From Mayamaea pseudoterrestris (taxonomy: Eukaryota): a stretch of 64,000 bases of DNA. Of this stretch, positions 33,610 through 45,246 are shown piece after piece; within the stretch, counting starts at the first letter, position 1; every line of letters begins with the position of its first letter. The notes under the pieces were generated by a model. It was not told the DNA's origin and searched no databases. It saw nothing but the letters and a program-made list of their open reading frames with translations. The translations under genes were made by a program, and so were the position numbers. The DNA lies in contig BROI01000001.1 of the NCBI GenBank assembly GCA_027923505.1, positions 2,480,001 to 2,544,000 of the forward strand, written 5' to 3'.

Positions 33610-34919
33610 TTACTTTCGCGAGTCCATAACCAAAGGCTTGTTCACAAACGAGGGCATTGTCTCTCGCATCTTTGTAAGGGTTTCTTTCCATTCATTGTTC
33701 ACAACGGGCTCACTCGCCGATGATGATCCTCGGTTGGCATTCGCAGCCGCTTCATCCTCAGCAGAAACCATTGAAAGCGAAACCTTTTTGTTCTCAATAC
33801 CCTTTACTCGCACCTGCACCTTATCATCAACCTTGCAAACGCTCGACACCGAGTCAACGCGACCTGCCGCCAGTGCACTAATGTGCACCAAACCATCAAA
33901 ACTTCCCGTGCATTCACCATTCAGTTCGGACGCATCGACTCTCACAAACGCCCCAAAGTCCACCGTACTAACCACCGTTCCAGATACAAACTGATCCGCG
34001 TTCCAGCCCTTTTCCAAGAGTCCCGCCAGCACGGGTCCATCATCGCGGCGACCGCCGCCGCCGCCTCCGCGGCGCTCCTGCGGACGCGATTGCGCCTGCT
34101 CGGCTTTTTCCGCCTCGGCCTCGGAAAGTAGCGTCAATGCGACTTGATTCTTCTTTTCGTCAATCTTGATGATGCGCACGTTTAGCTGCTGTCCCTCCTT
34201 TAGGATTTCATTGACATCGGAAACAAAGTCGACGGACAGTTTGGAAATATGCAGCAACCCATCCGAGGCGGCACCAATATCCAAAAAGGCACCGTAACTG
34301 GTGATCGTCTTGACGCGACCGGAAATCGAGTCGCCCACTTTGAGTTCCGACAACGGAGTCTTTTGTTCGGCCGTCTTTTTCTTCAACGACTTGCGGGCCG
34401 GGCGTTCCACGTTGTGCGCTTCGTCCTCGGACAGAATGCCGTCCAAGGCGACAACCTCCTCGGGAATGGCAACGTCGTCGTCTGTAGATGCAGCTTCTGC
34501 AGGAGTAGTTGCTGCTTCAGTAGTTGCTTCCACTTCCTCGACGGACGCCATGAATAGTTTGGAATTGATGCTGCGACATGAAGTGCAGAGGCAGGTGGGA
34601 GTGTGACTCGAAACGCAAGCTGCGCAAAAGCAACCCGCTGGATGCAAAGCAGCAGAGGCAGCGGATGGAGCAGCTGCAACGGTGCGGGACGAAACAAAGG
34701 CTGATAAAAAAGAAACATTTAGTTAGCATTGTATGTATACTGATGAGTGAATGTATCATTGCTGAAGCAATAACTTGTATCGGCGGCTGCCTGGTGTCAC
34801 GCACTAAACTGGATCCATTTTTTATGTCACTCACCAGTGCTTTGAGATTGCTGCGTAAAGGCAGTCACTCCAGTCGCCGAAGCAACAAAGGCGGTAACGA
34901 CAGCGGCGGAGAAGCGCAT
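33610..34919 (-). CDS. plastid-targeted two-S1-domain RNA-binding protein (PSRP-7 / pro-EF-Ts S1-like); exons 34919-34835, 34700-33610
   Basis: Signal peptide MRFSAAVVTAFVASATGVTA-F; S1 motifs YGAFLDIGAASDGLLHISKL and FGAFVRV...DGLVHISAL. Confidence 0.85.
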
Positions 34920-35236
34920 GGTGGAATTCAAGTAGAGGATGAACAAGCGATGATGGCTTGACTTGGCTTGATTCTTCGTTGCGGGTGATGATGGATCGGA
35001 TGCAGCAGCAGCTCAGCGCACCATGGGATGGATGGTCGCACGCGAATGCCACGGGAAACGTGCGTCAGCGACGAATTTCCCAAAATTGCGTCATCACATT
35101 TCTTACTGTGAGATAAAGTGTACACTTTGAAAATGCACAAAGTTTCGTGACGTAGTTTTGGAAATTTCATGGCCTTGCGACGCGACCGCCCATTGTTGCT
35201 TTCTTCCATCAACAAACAACCGATTCCATCTCTACC

Positions 35237-35628
35237 ATGAAAACTATACTACTCCTACTATCCCTCTTTTTTACCTCGGCTGCGGCCTTTGGTCCTAGTC
35301 TCTTTGGTGTAAGGACGCAAGCAAGCAGGTAGGTGGAAGCAATCAGGGGGAGAAATTTTGTCTGGTGCCAAATGGCGCTTTGACTGCACCGTTTTGTATA
35401 CATAATTGACTGATTTTCCATTATACTTTCACTACCAGCACTGTTTGCTTTGCCAAGCACGCCAACGACAAGGCTGCCAAGTGGGCCGCCTCCAAGCGAC
35501 CCAAAAAGTCCAATTTGTCGGACAGGAACCACAAGCCGACGGAGTATGCGCTGCACTCCATGGTCAAGCCGGCGGAATACAACATTTCCGACGCGCCAGC
35601 GGAGCCAGTGACAAAGAAGGAGATTTAG
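35237..35628 (+). CDS. plastid-specific ribosomal protein 6 (cL38)-like; exons 35237-35328, 35439-35628
   Basis: Signal peptide ending SAAA-F; mature KRPKKSNLSDRNHKPTEYAL resembles plant PSRP-6 RPKKxxxxDxxRKPTxY. Not in the ORF track as a single ORF. Confidence 0.7.
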
Positions 35629-35822
35629 AGAGAGAATAGTAATTATTAACAAAGCTGGTTAATGGCGAGATTACAGTAGTTGTAGATGTGTTCGTTTGGC
35701 GAGTCGCTCGGTCGGACCTCTCGCTTCCATGCCCTTCAGTCCAAATTTAGCTATTGCATATGAAGCGCGCCGCGATAAAGCATAGAGCGATTTATGAAAT
35801 GTCATGGCTTATTCTCAGCGTG

Positions 35823-37576
35823 CTAATGGTTTCGCGCTCGCTCCAGCAGCTCCGGAATATCATGCGAAAAGACCTTATCCATCTCGCGAACAAGCTTTTT
35901 ATCAAGCTTTGGAAAATCACTCAAGTCCTTGATTTCGTACAAGGCTTGCCTCATGGGTTCCAGCGCTGGAAAGTCTCCCTTTGGTAGGCCATATCGCCGC
36001 GCCGCTGCCAAGAACTCCGTTTCCAATCGTCCAATCAACCGCGACTGCTTCTCTCGCTTACCCCACGTATATGGCAATTGCTTGCGCAAGTAATGAATAA
36101 TATAGGCATGCACCTTGACACTTCTCGCTCGCTTGACTAGCTCATTTATGCGTCGCATGACGGCCTGCTGCGGCAGTCCCATAATGTCGTGCAGCAAGTC
36201 CATTTCCTCGCGCTGCAGCAACTCGGCCTGCTCCATGTTTTGCAGGGGCGCGTCCCAAAAGGACCCCATGTAGACGCGACATACTTCCGGCGTGTTCATC
36301 ACCTTGCCGAGTGACCACATGAGGGCGCCATAGACGCGCATGAGTTGCTGCGTGGAAATAGTGTCGGCCTTGTTCAATACGACGCGAATCTTGTCGAGGT
36401 GGGGAATGAGAAGCTGTGAAACAAGAGATACGATACGAAATGAGATTCACGCTGGAGAAAAAAGCAGTATGATGATGCTGTCTGGTTTCTTACATGCATT
36501 ATATCCTTTAGTTCATCCGATATGTCAAGCTTGTGCGCATCAAACATGATAATTATCAAATCCGCTCGCTCCGCAAACCACTTCATCACATTCTCATAGT
36601 CATAGTTGCGTCCCCGCTGCTTGGCTCCACTCAATATACCCGGCGTGTCAACAATGGTGACATTTTTCAGCAGCGGCGAGTTTAGTTCCACTCCTTCTAG
36701 TCGCGACAAGAAGTTGTTTCCAAACGGACTCAACCCCGTAAACGGCCGATCCGATTGACTGCAGAGCGCCGCGCCCGGAACAATCTTGTCGGAATGTCCC
36801 CACAGCACCGTCGTGAAGCGATCCGTCGTTGGTTCCGGCCCGACGCGAATGCCAGGAAAGTCGCGGCCCAGCAAGTACTTGACAAAGGATGTTTTTCCAA
36901 CGCTGTATTGACCAAGCAGTAGTATCATTGGCGGAGCATCAAAGTCGGATGGCGATAGAGGAGGCGAATGAAAGTGACCGTAGCGGGACGCAAGTTCCAG
37001 TGGTAGTATCTTTTTGCGGTACAAGCGAGCCAATCCGCGCAGTATAAACTCCTTGTCAAAGGTTGATAAATCCATGGCGCCGTCCGAAACGGATGAACCA
37101 GTCGTGTCCCAAGCCATGGATGATTCTTGGGTTGTTTGAGGTACTTGTTGCTGCTGCTGATGTTGATAGTGAGGTGGGGCGTCATGGGCGTCTGGATATG
37201 GAGGTGGAGGATGTTGCTGATGTTGTTGTTGTTCATCATACTGCTGCGGCGGAGGCGCATAAGGATTCGAAGCATACTGCCGCTGCTCAGCGTCATCTAC
37301 AGGAAATGAAGGAGGTGGACGCATTACATTTCCATCCATTTCATCGTCCTCATTGTCGTCATATCCAGGTAAACTTGGCGGAGGGAGCTCTGCTGATGTT
37401 CCGTAGTGCTGCGGCTGTTGTTGCTGATACATTGATTCCGGTGGAAGCTGTTCGCTGTTTCCTCCTCGATACTTCCATAACCTTTGACATTGCTGCAGTG
37501 ACTTTGGTCTATTCCATATTGCTCCCGCAGCGGGAGCTAGTAATAATAGGCTCCGTATTAGAGGCAGCATTTTCAT
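35823..37576 (-). CDS. EHD/RME-1 dynamin-like ATPase with N-terminal signal peptide, no EH domain; exons 37576-36494, 36413-35823
   Basis: LLLGQYSVGKTSF, GPEPTTDRF, IVDTPGILSG, FDAHKLDISDE, VLNKAD, VYGALMWSLGKV. Confidence 0.92.
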
Positions 37577-38060
37577 GGTGGTTGTGGGACGTGGAAGAAA
37601 GAGGTCGATGGCATGAGAACCGTTGCGACTCGGAGCGGTACTTACATCGAAGAGGAGTCGAGATCGCGATGCATAGCTGTCCATGTTATCCAGACTTATC
37701 TGAACCTTAAAGCGTCCATCTACGCTATGCCTACTATAGCATTGCCATTCGCCAAGGTTCATCAAATTGTAGTGTCTCATGATCAGGCCGGCAAGCGAGG
37801 TTAGTTTTCAAGAAACACAAGCAAGACAACGAAATAGCATATCGATGCTAGTAGCAGCAGCGAATTAGGAAGCATACTCTTTGACAGCAAGGCTTGCAAG
37901 TAAGAGCGCGGCAGCTTATGCTAAAAAATGCCTGTAAAGAGTGTCATTATCCAATCCATTTCTATGGTTACTTTAATCATATCCTATCCCTCCATTGTGC
38001 ATCTTCCAAGTCTACGCTTTCACTATTTTTACCAGATAGCTTCACTCCACTCCAATCAAT

Positions 38061-38762
38061 TTAATGTCCACGCGCTCGCATGGCCGAATTGACATTCTTA
38101 ATGTCTTCTCGCTTGGCCAATGCTCTCTTGTGGCTTCCCAAACGTCGCTTGGCAAACTTGTAGACTCGCTTGTCGACGGAGCTTCCTCCCGTCTTGATCA
38201 TGTCAAGAATACGTCGCTCGTAGGGAGCCAAGCCGGCAACCTCGCGGACAATGGATCGAACCATGGAGACGCGCTTTCCGAGTTTCTGTGAATTAATTGA
38301 AGAAACAGAGTGAGTTGGTAAGCTCATCCAATGTCATTCATGCAGCGGACGCAAGGAATCGCAGCAGCAGCAAGGCGTACAACATAGCAGCGGTAGCTAG
38401 AGAACTCTTTGACAACTTGGAAATAGATTGCTCTCTTCGTAATCGTCCAAGCCGCTCCATGAAGGCTATGGAACGATTCATGGTAGAGTATATCGCGATG
38501 ATAAAAATCTCGGCCAAAAGCAAAGCTATACAAACGGTGACAGGCAAACTAACTTGCTCTCTCTCTTTATAATACTCGCGTCTCCCGCCCCTTGCTATTG
38601 CGCTCCATTCTCTCTCACTCTTAGACTCATGTCGCATGCATCATGCATCCTATAACAATTTCATTGACTTACTCCCTTGCGGTTGGAAGGCTTGGCGGGA
38701 AGCACTCGCTCCTTGGTAACATGACCAGAGTTGGTTCCTTTGGCAATTCCGTTTCGTGTCAT
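38061..38762 (-). CDS. RPL36: 60S ribosomal protein eL36; exons 38762-38673, 38285-38061
   Basis: GHVTKE...[31 protein letters not shown]...[11 protein letters not shown]. Confidence 0.96.
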
Positions 38763-39045
38763 GCTTGTGTAATATATTGGGAGATATGGAGGGTAGTCGA
38801 GACGACGATGGACTGCTCGCTTTGAATTGTTTCAGTGGCGCTGAAACGCGACGGAGCGTGACTTGCGTGGAATCCTACGCAATCCAGTACTGAACCACTT
38901 ACCGCTCTTTACTTGGAACCGTTCGCGTCCGTCGAAATTGCTTCATTCGCAGTTTCTCGTGCAAGCGAAACAAAGACTAGACTCTATCGTATAGTACATC
39001 TATATATTATACTCTCCCCCCTCTAACTACTATATCAATTAAACC

Positions 39046-39387
39046 ATGACAAACGACACTCGCTGGTTCCGCCGCGGCACGCGCCACTGCTACAACACGG
39101 CGCAGCACCGCTACCGACCTGTTCGTACGCCCGGCGGAAACCTGCACTCGCAGCGACTCCGCAAAACCACCAAGGGCCCCAAGTGCAGCGACTGCAAGAT
39201 TTCGCTCCCAGGAATTGCTCACTTGCGCAACGCCGAATACAAGCGAACGACCAAGAGAGAAAGAACTGTTAGTAGATGCTATGGAGGAAGTACTTGTGCG
39301 GGGTGTGTCAAGCAGAGGATTGTGCGAGCGTTTTTGCTGGAGGAGCAAAAGGCGGTGAAGAAGATTTTGGCGTCGACGAAGAAATAG
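39046..39387 (+). CDS. RPL34: 60S ribosomal protein eL34
   Basis: VRTPGG, PKCSDC, VSRCYGGSTCAGCVKQRIVRAFLLEEQK. Confidence 0.97.
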   Translation: MTNDTRWFRRGTRHCYNTAQHRYRPVRTPGGNLHSQRLRKTTKGPKCSDCKISLPGIAHLRNAEYKRTTKRERTVSRCYGGSTCAGCVKQRIVRAFLLEEQKAVKKILASTKK

Positions 39388-39728
39388 AAATTGTGATATT
39401 TGGAAGCGGTAAATGGCGAACATAGAATCGTCTTGGGTTGCAAGGAGTTGCGAACGAGATTAAAATGACAAAACACAAGTAATTACTATAGGAGACTTTA
39501 GTAGTACACATCAACCTCGATCATTTATACTACGAAGCACCGTTTCGTTTGTTTTGTGCCATGCTGGATGTCGTTTCGCATTTTAAGTTTGTAGGAGGTC
39601 TGCGGTTAGTTAATTCTGTGCTCGAAGGAACAGCGCTGCTACGCTAGCTACACTATACACAATTTACTTATTACTACATACAGTAAATACGAGTGTAACA
39701 AAACATTCTAATCCTTCAAAATGCATTC

Positions 39729-42700
39729 CTATGGCCCAGTCAAGCTTGCCAACGCTGCCATGGCCTCTGCTGCAGCTGTCTCGTCTTCACGCGCAGCTGG
39801 CGAGCTCGGCTCTGCCTGCATTGGACTCGCCGCAGCAACAACTGCTGCCTCCATTTCTTCATCAATATCCATTTCACTCTGCTCCACCGACTCAGCCAAC
39901 GTGTCAGCTTCGCTTTCTTTCCGCTGTCCGACACTAGATGATTCTGCCAACGTGTCCGCTTCGCTCTCTTTCCGCTGTGCAACACTCGATGCGGCATCGC
40001 CCCCAGCGTCGCTCTCGACAACAGGCTCCGCTTCAACATCATCCGCCGCCGCCATGGAATCGTCATCGTCAACCTCGTCATCTACTTGGCTCTTCAGCCC
40101 GGTGGCATCACTCTTTGGTTTTGGCTTGGCTGGCGACGCCTTTTTCTTTTTGCGAAAGTGGTTGACTCGAGCGGCCAAATCGTCCGCTTCAATTGCTTGA
40201 TCCATCTCAAGCCGCTTCGCAACAGCTTCCGCTGTAAGCTGTGATCGACGAGTAGCATTTTGCTTGACTCGTTTAATTTCAGTTTCTAGCAACTTGATCT
40301 GCTGCTCAAGGGCGGCTGACCGTTCGGATGACGTCTTGCCCGTTGTCGCATCAATCAACTCCCATGGTCGTTTGTTCTTCGTCACTTGATCTTCACTGTC
40401 ATCAGGCATGATCAACTCACCAGCAGCTGCACGAAAGGCTAAAGCCATGCCCACCAAGCCCGTTGACTCAATCATAGCGGCCGGAAGCGTTGATACTCCG
40501 TTCAAAGCAAGGCTTTTGTATTCGTCGTCACTCTTGGCCATGCGCAGCAAGTACGCCTTGACAATCGCTGAAGCACGAGCGCGCTTATCGGTGGCAAGAC
40601 CTCGATCGTCTTCATCTACATCCATCAATGATCGAGGACGCTTGTTCTTTCGAGCAGCTGCTTCTTTAAGTGCCTTCTCCCGATCACGAGTCCGCTTCTT
40701 TCGTCGGCGCTCCAACTCGCGTTGCTCCTTCTTTTCTTCCTTGGCTCGGAGCTTGCGCTTTGCCAAATCCGCCTTGGCCTTCTTTGCCGCTTCAACGACT
40801 TCCTTCTTATCCTTTTCCGGAACCGGAGCCTTCTTCTTGGCAGGACTTTTCTTCGGCGGAGGCTTCTTTTTCTTGCTATAATCGAAATTCGTCATGCCAT
40901 CATGCGCCAACAAATAGTTTGCCTCGACAATATCGCCATAGCTCATGGTTTCAACATCGTGATAAAAGTCTTCGTCTTCGTCAGCATCAATATCGTCATC
41001 CGCCTCTGCCAAAGCTGCAAATGTCAGGTTGGTCTCGTTTTCATCGTCTTCTTGTTGAGCATCCTCTTCATAAGCGTCAAGTAAAGTATTCTCGTACTCG
41101 TCGTTGGCCCAGACACACTCATTCACAGCCGTTGCATACGTCTTGGAGGTAATGGCAGAATGCATGGCGTTCCTTGGAGTACGCTTTCGCTTACTCGCAT
41201 GCCCCGCAGACTTGTTCGGATCGTCGTCAGGATTGAACGAATCTACAATGTCCGTCTCGCGCACCCACAAAAATACATGAGTGCCAAGAAATTCCACCAG
41301 AAACCAGCTATAGGTCTGTTTTGCTTGCGACTGCTCGCACTTGTGACGTGCAAGAATCAATTGCGTCCGCAGCTTCTCGGGAAGGCGCGATTCGTTACGT
41401 TCCGTCACAGTGGCATGCCAACTCTCGCGCTGGTCAGGCGGTGACAAGATTCCGAGGCATAGCGCTGGCCAAAACGGTTTTTTGCTGCTTTCTCGAGCCC
41501 ATACCGTCGCCGCGACATTGCCCCAAATGCTAGACTGCGTAACTCCTCGACTATTTGCTTCGTGCAAGGGACTAAAGCGCTTCCACAAAAAGCGATGCAG
41601 GCGATTCAATATGCGATTACGAACAGCTGGACTCGTCTCAAACAAGTCGCTAGGAACACAAGCCATCAACTTTTCATAAAAGAACGACAAGGTATATTCG
41701 TCTTCCGACTCTGTGAGCTGAATGAGCTTTGCGACCACCTTTTCCAAATTGTCAACAACTTCGCGTAGATCACTCTCGCCCTGTCGGCCACCACGTCGAA
41801 TCTCTTCCAAATCCCATAGCGGAATCGTGTCTAAACGATCAACGCATGCACCAGACTGTATAAATCTGCCGAGGAGCTTGCTCGTCTTGGCCATATGCTG
41901 CTTCTTGGCATCAACTAATACTCCAGAGTTGTCAAGGCGTTTCTTGCGATCGGCCGTGCGTCTGGCGAACGCATTCTTGAGTATCGGACTCGCATCTTCC
42001 GGAAGGTCAGACGGAATCATGTATTCATCCCACAGCGAATTGAAGTAATCTCTCAAGTGTAAACCAATCGAAACAAAGCTTGGAAGTGCATCTTTATTGG
42101 AAGGATGGGAATGGAACTTGACGCAATTCGAAAAGACTCTCCACATGTCGAGGCGAATGTCTCTCGTGTTCGTGTACTTTCGAGCCTTGATTCCTCGGCA
42201 GACGCGGCCCAAGTCAATGGGATGAGAAACAATCTTGCTGTAACTCGCCATGAGCTGAAACAGAGAAAAGAACGGCGTAAGTAAATAGTTGCGCAAAAGA
42301 CAATTTCCTCGTTGCAAATTCTAATCGAACTCACCTCTGGATGAAGCAAGGCTACTGGTCGCGAGAACTCGTTCAATAGCGGAACCTTGCAAAACTGCAC
42401 CATGAGATCAATCAAGCTCAAATATTCCATTTCCGTTATTGGCGGCGCAGCTTCCTCCAAGAGCCGCTCCGTCCGCGTATCAGGCGGCGGCAAGCCGTGG
42501 GAATCACTATTACTTGCAGCCTTTGATGCCGATTTACTCCTAGGCTTGGATGCAGCCTTCTTCTTCGTCGCTGTCTTGGTAGCTGCGCTCGTAACAGAAG
42601 CCGGAACACTTTCTAAGTTAGCCAAAATGCCTCCATCCTCAACGTACTCAGCTACTGCTTCCTCCTCGTCGTCATTTTGGTCTTCGTCCTCATCATCTTC

Positions 42701-43279
42701 ATTTGCTTGCAGCGAATCATCGTCGTCCTCATCTTCATCTACTTCCCTCAACAATTGCTTTTGCTGCTCCTCCTCCTCAAGCAATTCTTGCCGCGTAGAC
42801 TCGACCTGAAGTGCAGCTAAGCGAGCCGCCATGGCTTCCGGCTTGCCGCGAGGCACAATTGCGGACGCTTCATCGGTGGATGCGTGACTCGTCGCAGGCG
42901 GCGGCTGCTCTATACTCGCAAAATCCCGCCCCCAAAACGGCGGCGGAAAATGTCCTTCACTACTACCAGACGCATTCGGCGGAGAAAACCGCGGTGGCTG
43001 CTGCTGCTGCGCGTAAAAGGCGGCGTGACTCTGCGCCGCCGTCATGAACATTGGATGCTGGGGCACATAGCCGGCGCTGTAGGCGCGACTACTATTTTGG
43101 TCGAGTGGAGGCGGCGGAAAGCCAAAGGGAACGCCAAAGCCATTGCTATGTGCAAAGGCTGCAAAGGCGGCGGCGCGAGCAGCGTCGGAGGAATGGTCGG
43201 TTGTGTTGCTTGCGTTGTTGTTGTTGCTGCTGTCGTTGGAATTTGGTGGCGGTGGACCACCGGGATGATGAGGCCACAT
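39729..43279 (-). CDS. bromodomain + PWWP chromatin reader; exons 43279-42335, 42254-39729
   Basis: Bromodomain FSRPV...YSKIVSHPIDL...DMWRVFSNCVKFH; PWWP-like VWARES...PFWPA...FLVEFLGTHVFLWV. Confidence 0.85.
39895..39991. repeat. 51-bp tandem duplication within CDS (encodes SSVxQRKESEADTLAES twice)
   Basis: Copies start at 39895 and 39946 (GCCAACGTGTC...). Confidence 0.85.
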
Positions 43280-43696
43280 TTTCTATGAGCGGGATTTGAT
43301 TTGATGATCAATAAATGACCGATGATTTGATGACTATTAAAAGGATACACGTTAACTTGCGTTCGAGAGCCGCTCGTGATCGCATCATGGTGGCGCGGCG
43401 GCGTGCTGAAACGTTTCGTTGCGCGATCAAAAGCCCGAACCATAAACATGAAGTGAATCCCGTTGCGATTTCCTATGTGTCGTATCAGGTAGTGGAGCAA
43501 TCAAGCAAAGCCGTGCTATCGCTCTCATGCTTCAATAGTAAATTCCTATAACTTGTTATTCGTAGTGTTGTCTACATAAAATGTAATGGGAGAGCCATAT
43601 TTCGTCTCGCTGGCAGGACTACCAGATAAATTTTTTAAGCCTACCAGATACATCTTTGCAAAACTAATCGTTCCGCGCACCATCGTCATCATTACT

Positions 43697-44749
43697 TTAC
43701 CGACCCAGCGCCACGAGCGCTTGCTGCAGTCGCTCCGCTGCCAAGTCGGCATCCTTGTCATGCAATGCTGCCAAGGCGAAGTTGGTAAGTTCAATGGCAT
43801 CGTCAAACTGAGCTTTGGTCGCCGACTTTTCCTTCTTTGCAAAGCCAAATAAGCCAGCACTCTTCTTCTTTATGGCACTAGCGGTAGTGGACGAGACAAC
43901 TGGAGGAACATGTGCTGCTTGGGGCGGTACGGGTAACGTAGGTGGCTCGAAATCGAGCGATACAGGCGGTGGACCAGGGTAGGCTGGCGGTGGCGGCGCA
44001 AGGTGCAAATCCACTTCCGTGCCTTCTTCCTCGGTTCCGTCTCCATCGGCATGCTCGACACTGTGAGATTTTTGATCGTCCTGCCCATAAATCTCATGGG
44101 GAGCAGACTCTATATCCATGTCGTCGCCGTCTTCCTCGGTCAAGACCCGTTCGACTCCTGCGTTCTGAACTTCGGGCGCATCCTCCTTCTTTTCCGATCC
44201 ATCATTCTCATTATCAGCATCGTCATCATCATTCATAACGTCATCCTCTTGTCCATAGCCTCCGGCTCTGGGCTGCCGGCCTTCCTTTAGCGCCTTGAGA
44301 ATGTCCGTTGCCTTCCATTTACAATATACTCTCTTTTTTTCATCTTCTTCCGTCTGCTCCTCATCAGCTGCAAATTGCTCCAGCGACTGTAAAAATACAC
44401 TTGCCGCATAAAATTGTGCGGCAGTCGCCTTGTTCGCCAAACCCATGCGGTCCTCACCATCCGCTTTCTCAAAAACCTTGTGACAAAACTGACGACACAC
44501 CAAGGCAGCTTCCTCTCGCGTAAACTGGTTCATGTCAGCTTGCTCCGCTTCCAGAGCTTCCAATACATGTCCCAAACAAACTTTACTTTCCGGAAGTGTC
44601 GAGTGCGGAATGCCAACCTGAACGGCGTACTGGCGAAGGTAGTAGGCAACGAGGCGAGACTCGGGACGCGTTTGGTCGCGGTCGAGCTCCTCGGCGCGCA
44701 GAAGGAATGGCTTGATTTTCTTGAGCTCGGCGGGGACGGCGAGAGGCAT
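43697..44749 (-). CDS. VTA1: Vta1/LIP5, Vps4 cofactor (ESCRT)
   Basis: LKKIKPFLLRAEEL, VAYYLRQYAVQ, FYAASVFL, YCKWKATDILKALKEG; C-terminal VSL-like FALAALHDKD. Confidence 0.93.
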   Translation of the reverse strand: MPLAVPAELKKIKPFLLRAEELDRDQTRPESRLVAYYLRQYAVQVGIPHSTLPESKVCLGHVLEALEAEQADMNQFTREEAALVCRQFCHKVFEKADGEDRMGLANKATAAQFYAASVFLQSLEQFAADEEQTEEDEKKRVYCKWKATDILKALKEGRQPRAGGYGQEDDVMNDDDDADNENDGSEKKEDAPEVQNAGVERVLTEEDGDDMDIESAPHEIYGQDDQKSHSVEHADGDGTEEEGTEVDLHLAPPPPAYPGPPPVSLDFEPPTLPVPPQAAHVPPVVSSTTASAIKKKSAGLFGFAKKEKSATKAQFDDAIELTNFALAALHDKDADLAAERLQQALVALGR

Positions 44750-44895
44750 GGTAAACTATAGAAACCGAATAATAGTATAGGTGCTAATTGAAAAAGTGGT
44801 GAAGGATGTAAAGATGCGTGGACTTTGCCGGAACTTACGAGTCGACTGCTGCGGGTCTTGTGTGGCGAAATCGCGAGCCGTTTGGATTCGAGATG

Positions 44896-44910
44896 AAACC
44901 CTAACCCTAA
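44896..44910 (+). promoter_or_regulatory. telomere-like motif AAACCCTAACCCTAA (telo-box) in a divergent promoter
   Basis: Two full CCCTAA units plus AAA between the VTA1 and ankyrin gene starts. Confidence 0.55.
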
Positions 44911-45246
44911 GCAAAAGTCAGTAACGGTGCGGGTTTTCAGCTAATGACCTCGGCGCTACAACAAGTTTTTACATGCTTCTATACAAGTTGTAGCAACCCA
45001 GGCTTGCTTACAATTGGTCCCTGCCATCATTTGTGGATAGTCTTTCACCTAAAGAGCATTGCACCTTTTAGTGCGACAAATTATGCGGGACATGCAAACT
45101 ACGCCATTCGGTCTGACTCTTGATGAGTCCCGGTGCGAAGCCTTTTATCACGACATGACGCAGCAGGGAGCATTTCACAATTCGACAGCTGCTTGCTTGT
45201 CACAACATCTTGCTTCATCGTTATATATATATTATATTTGTCCATC

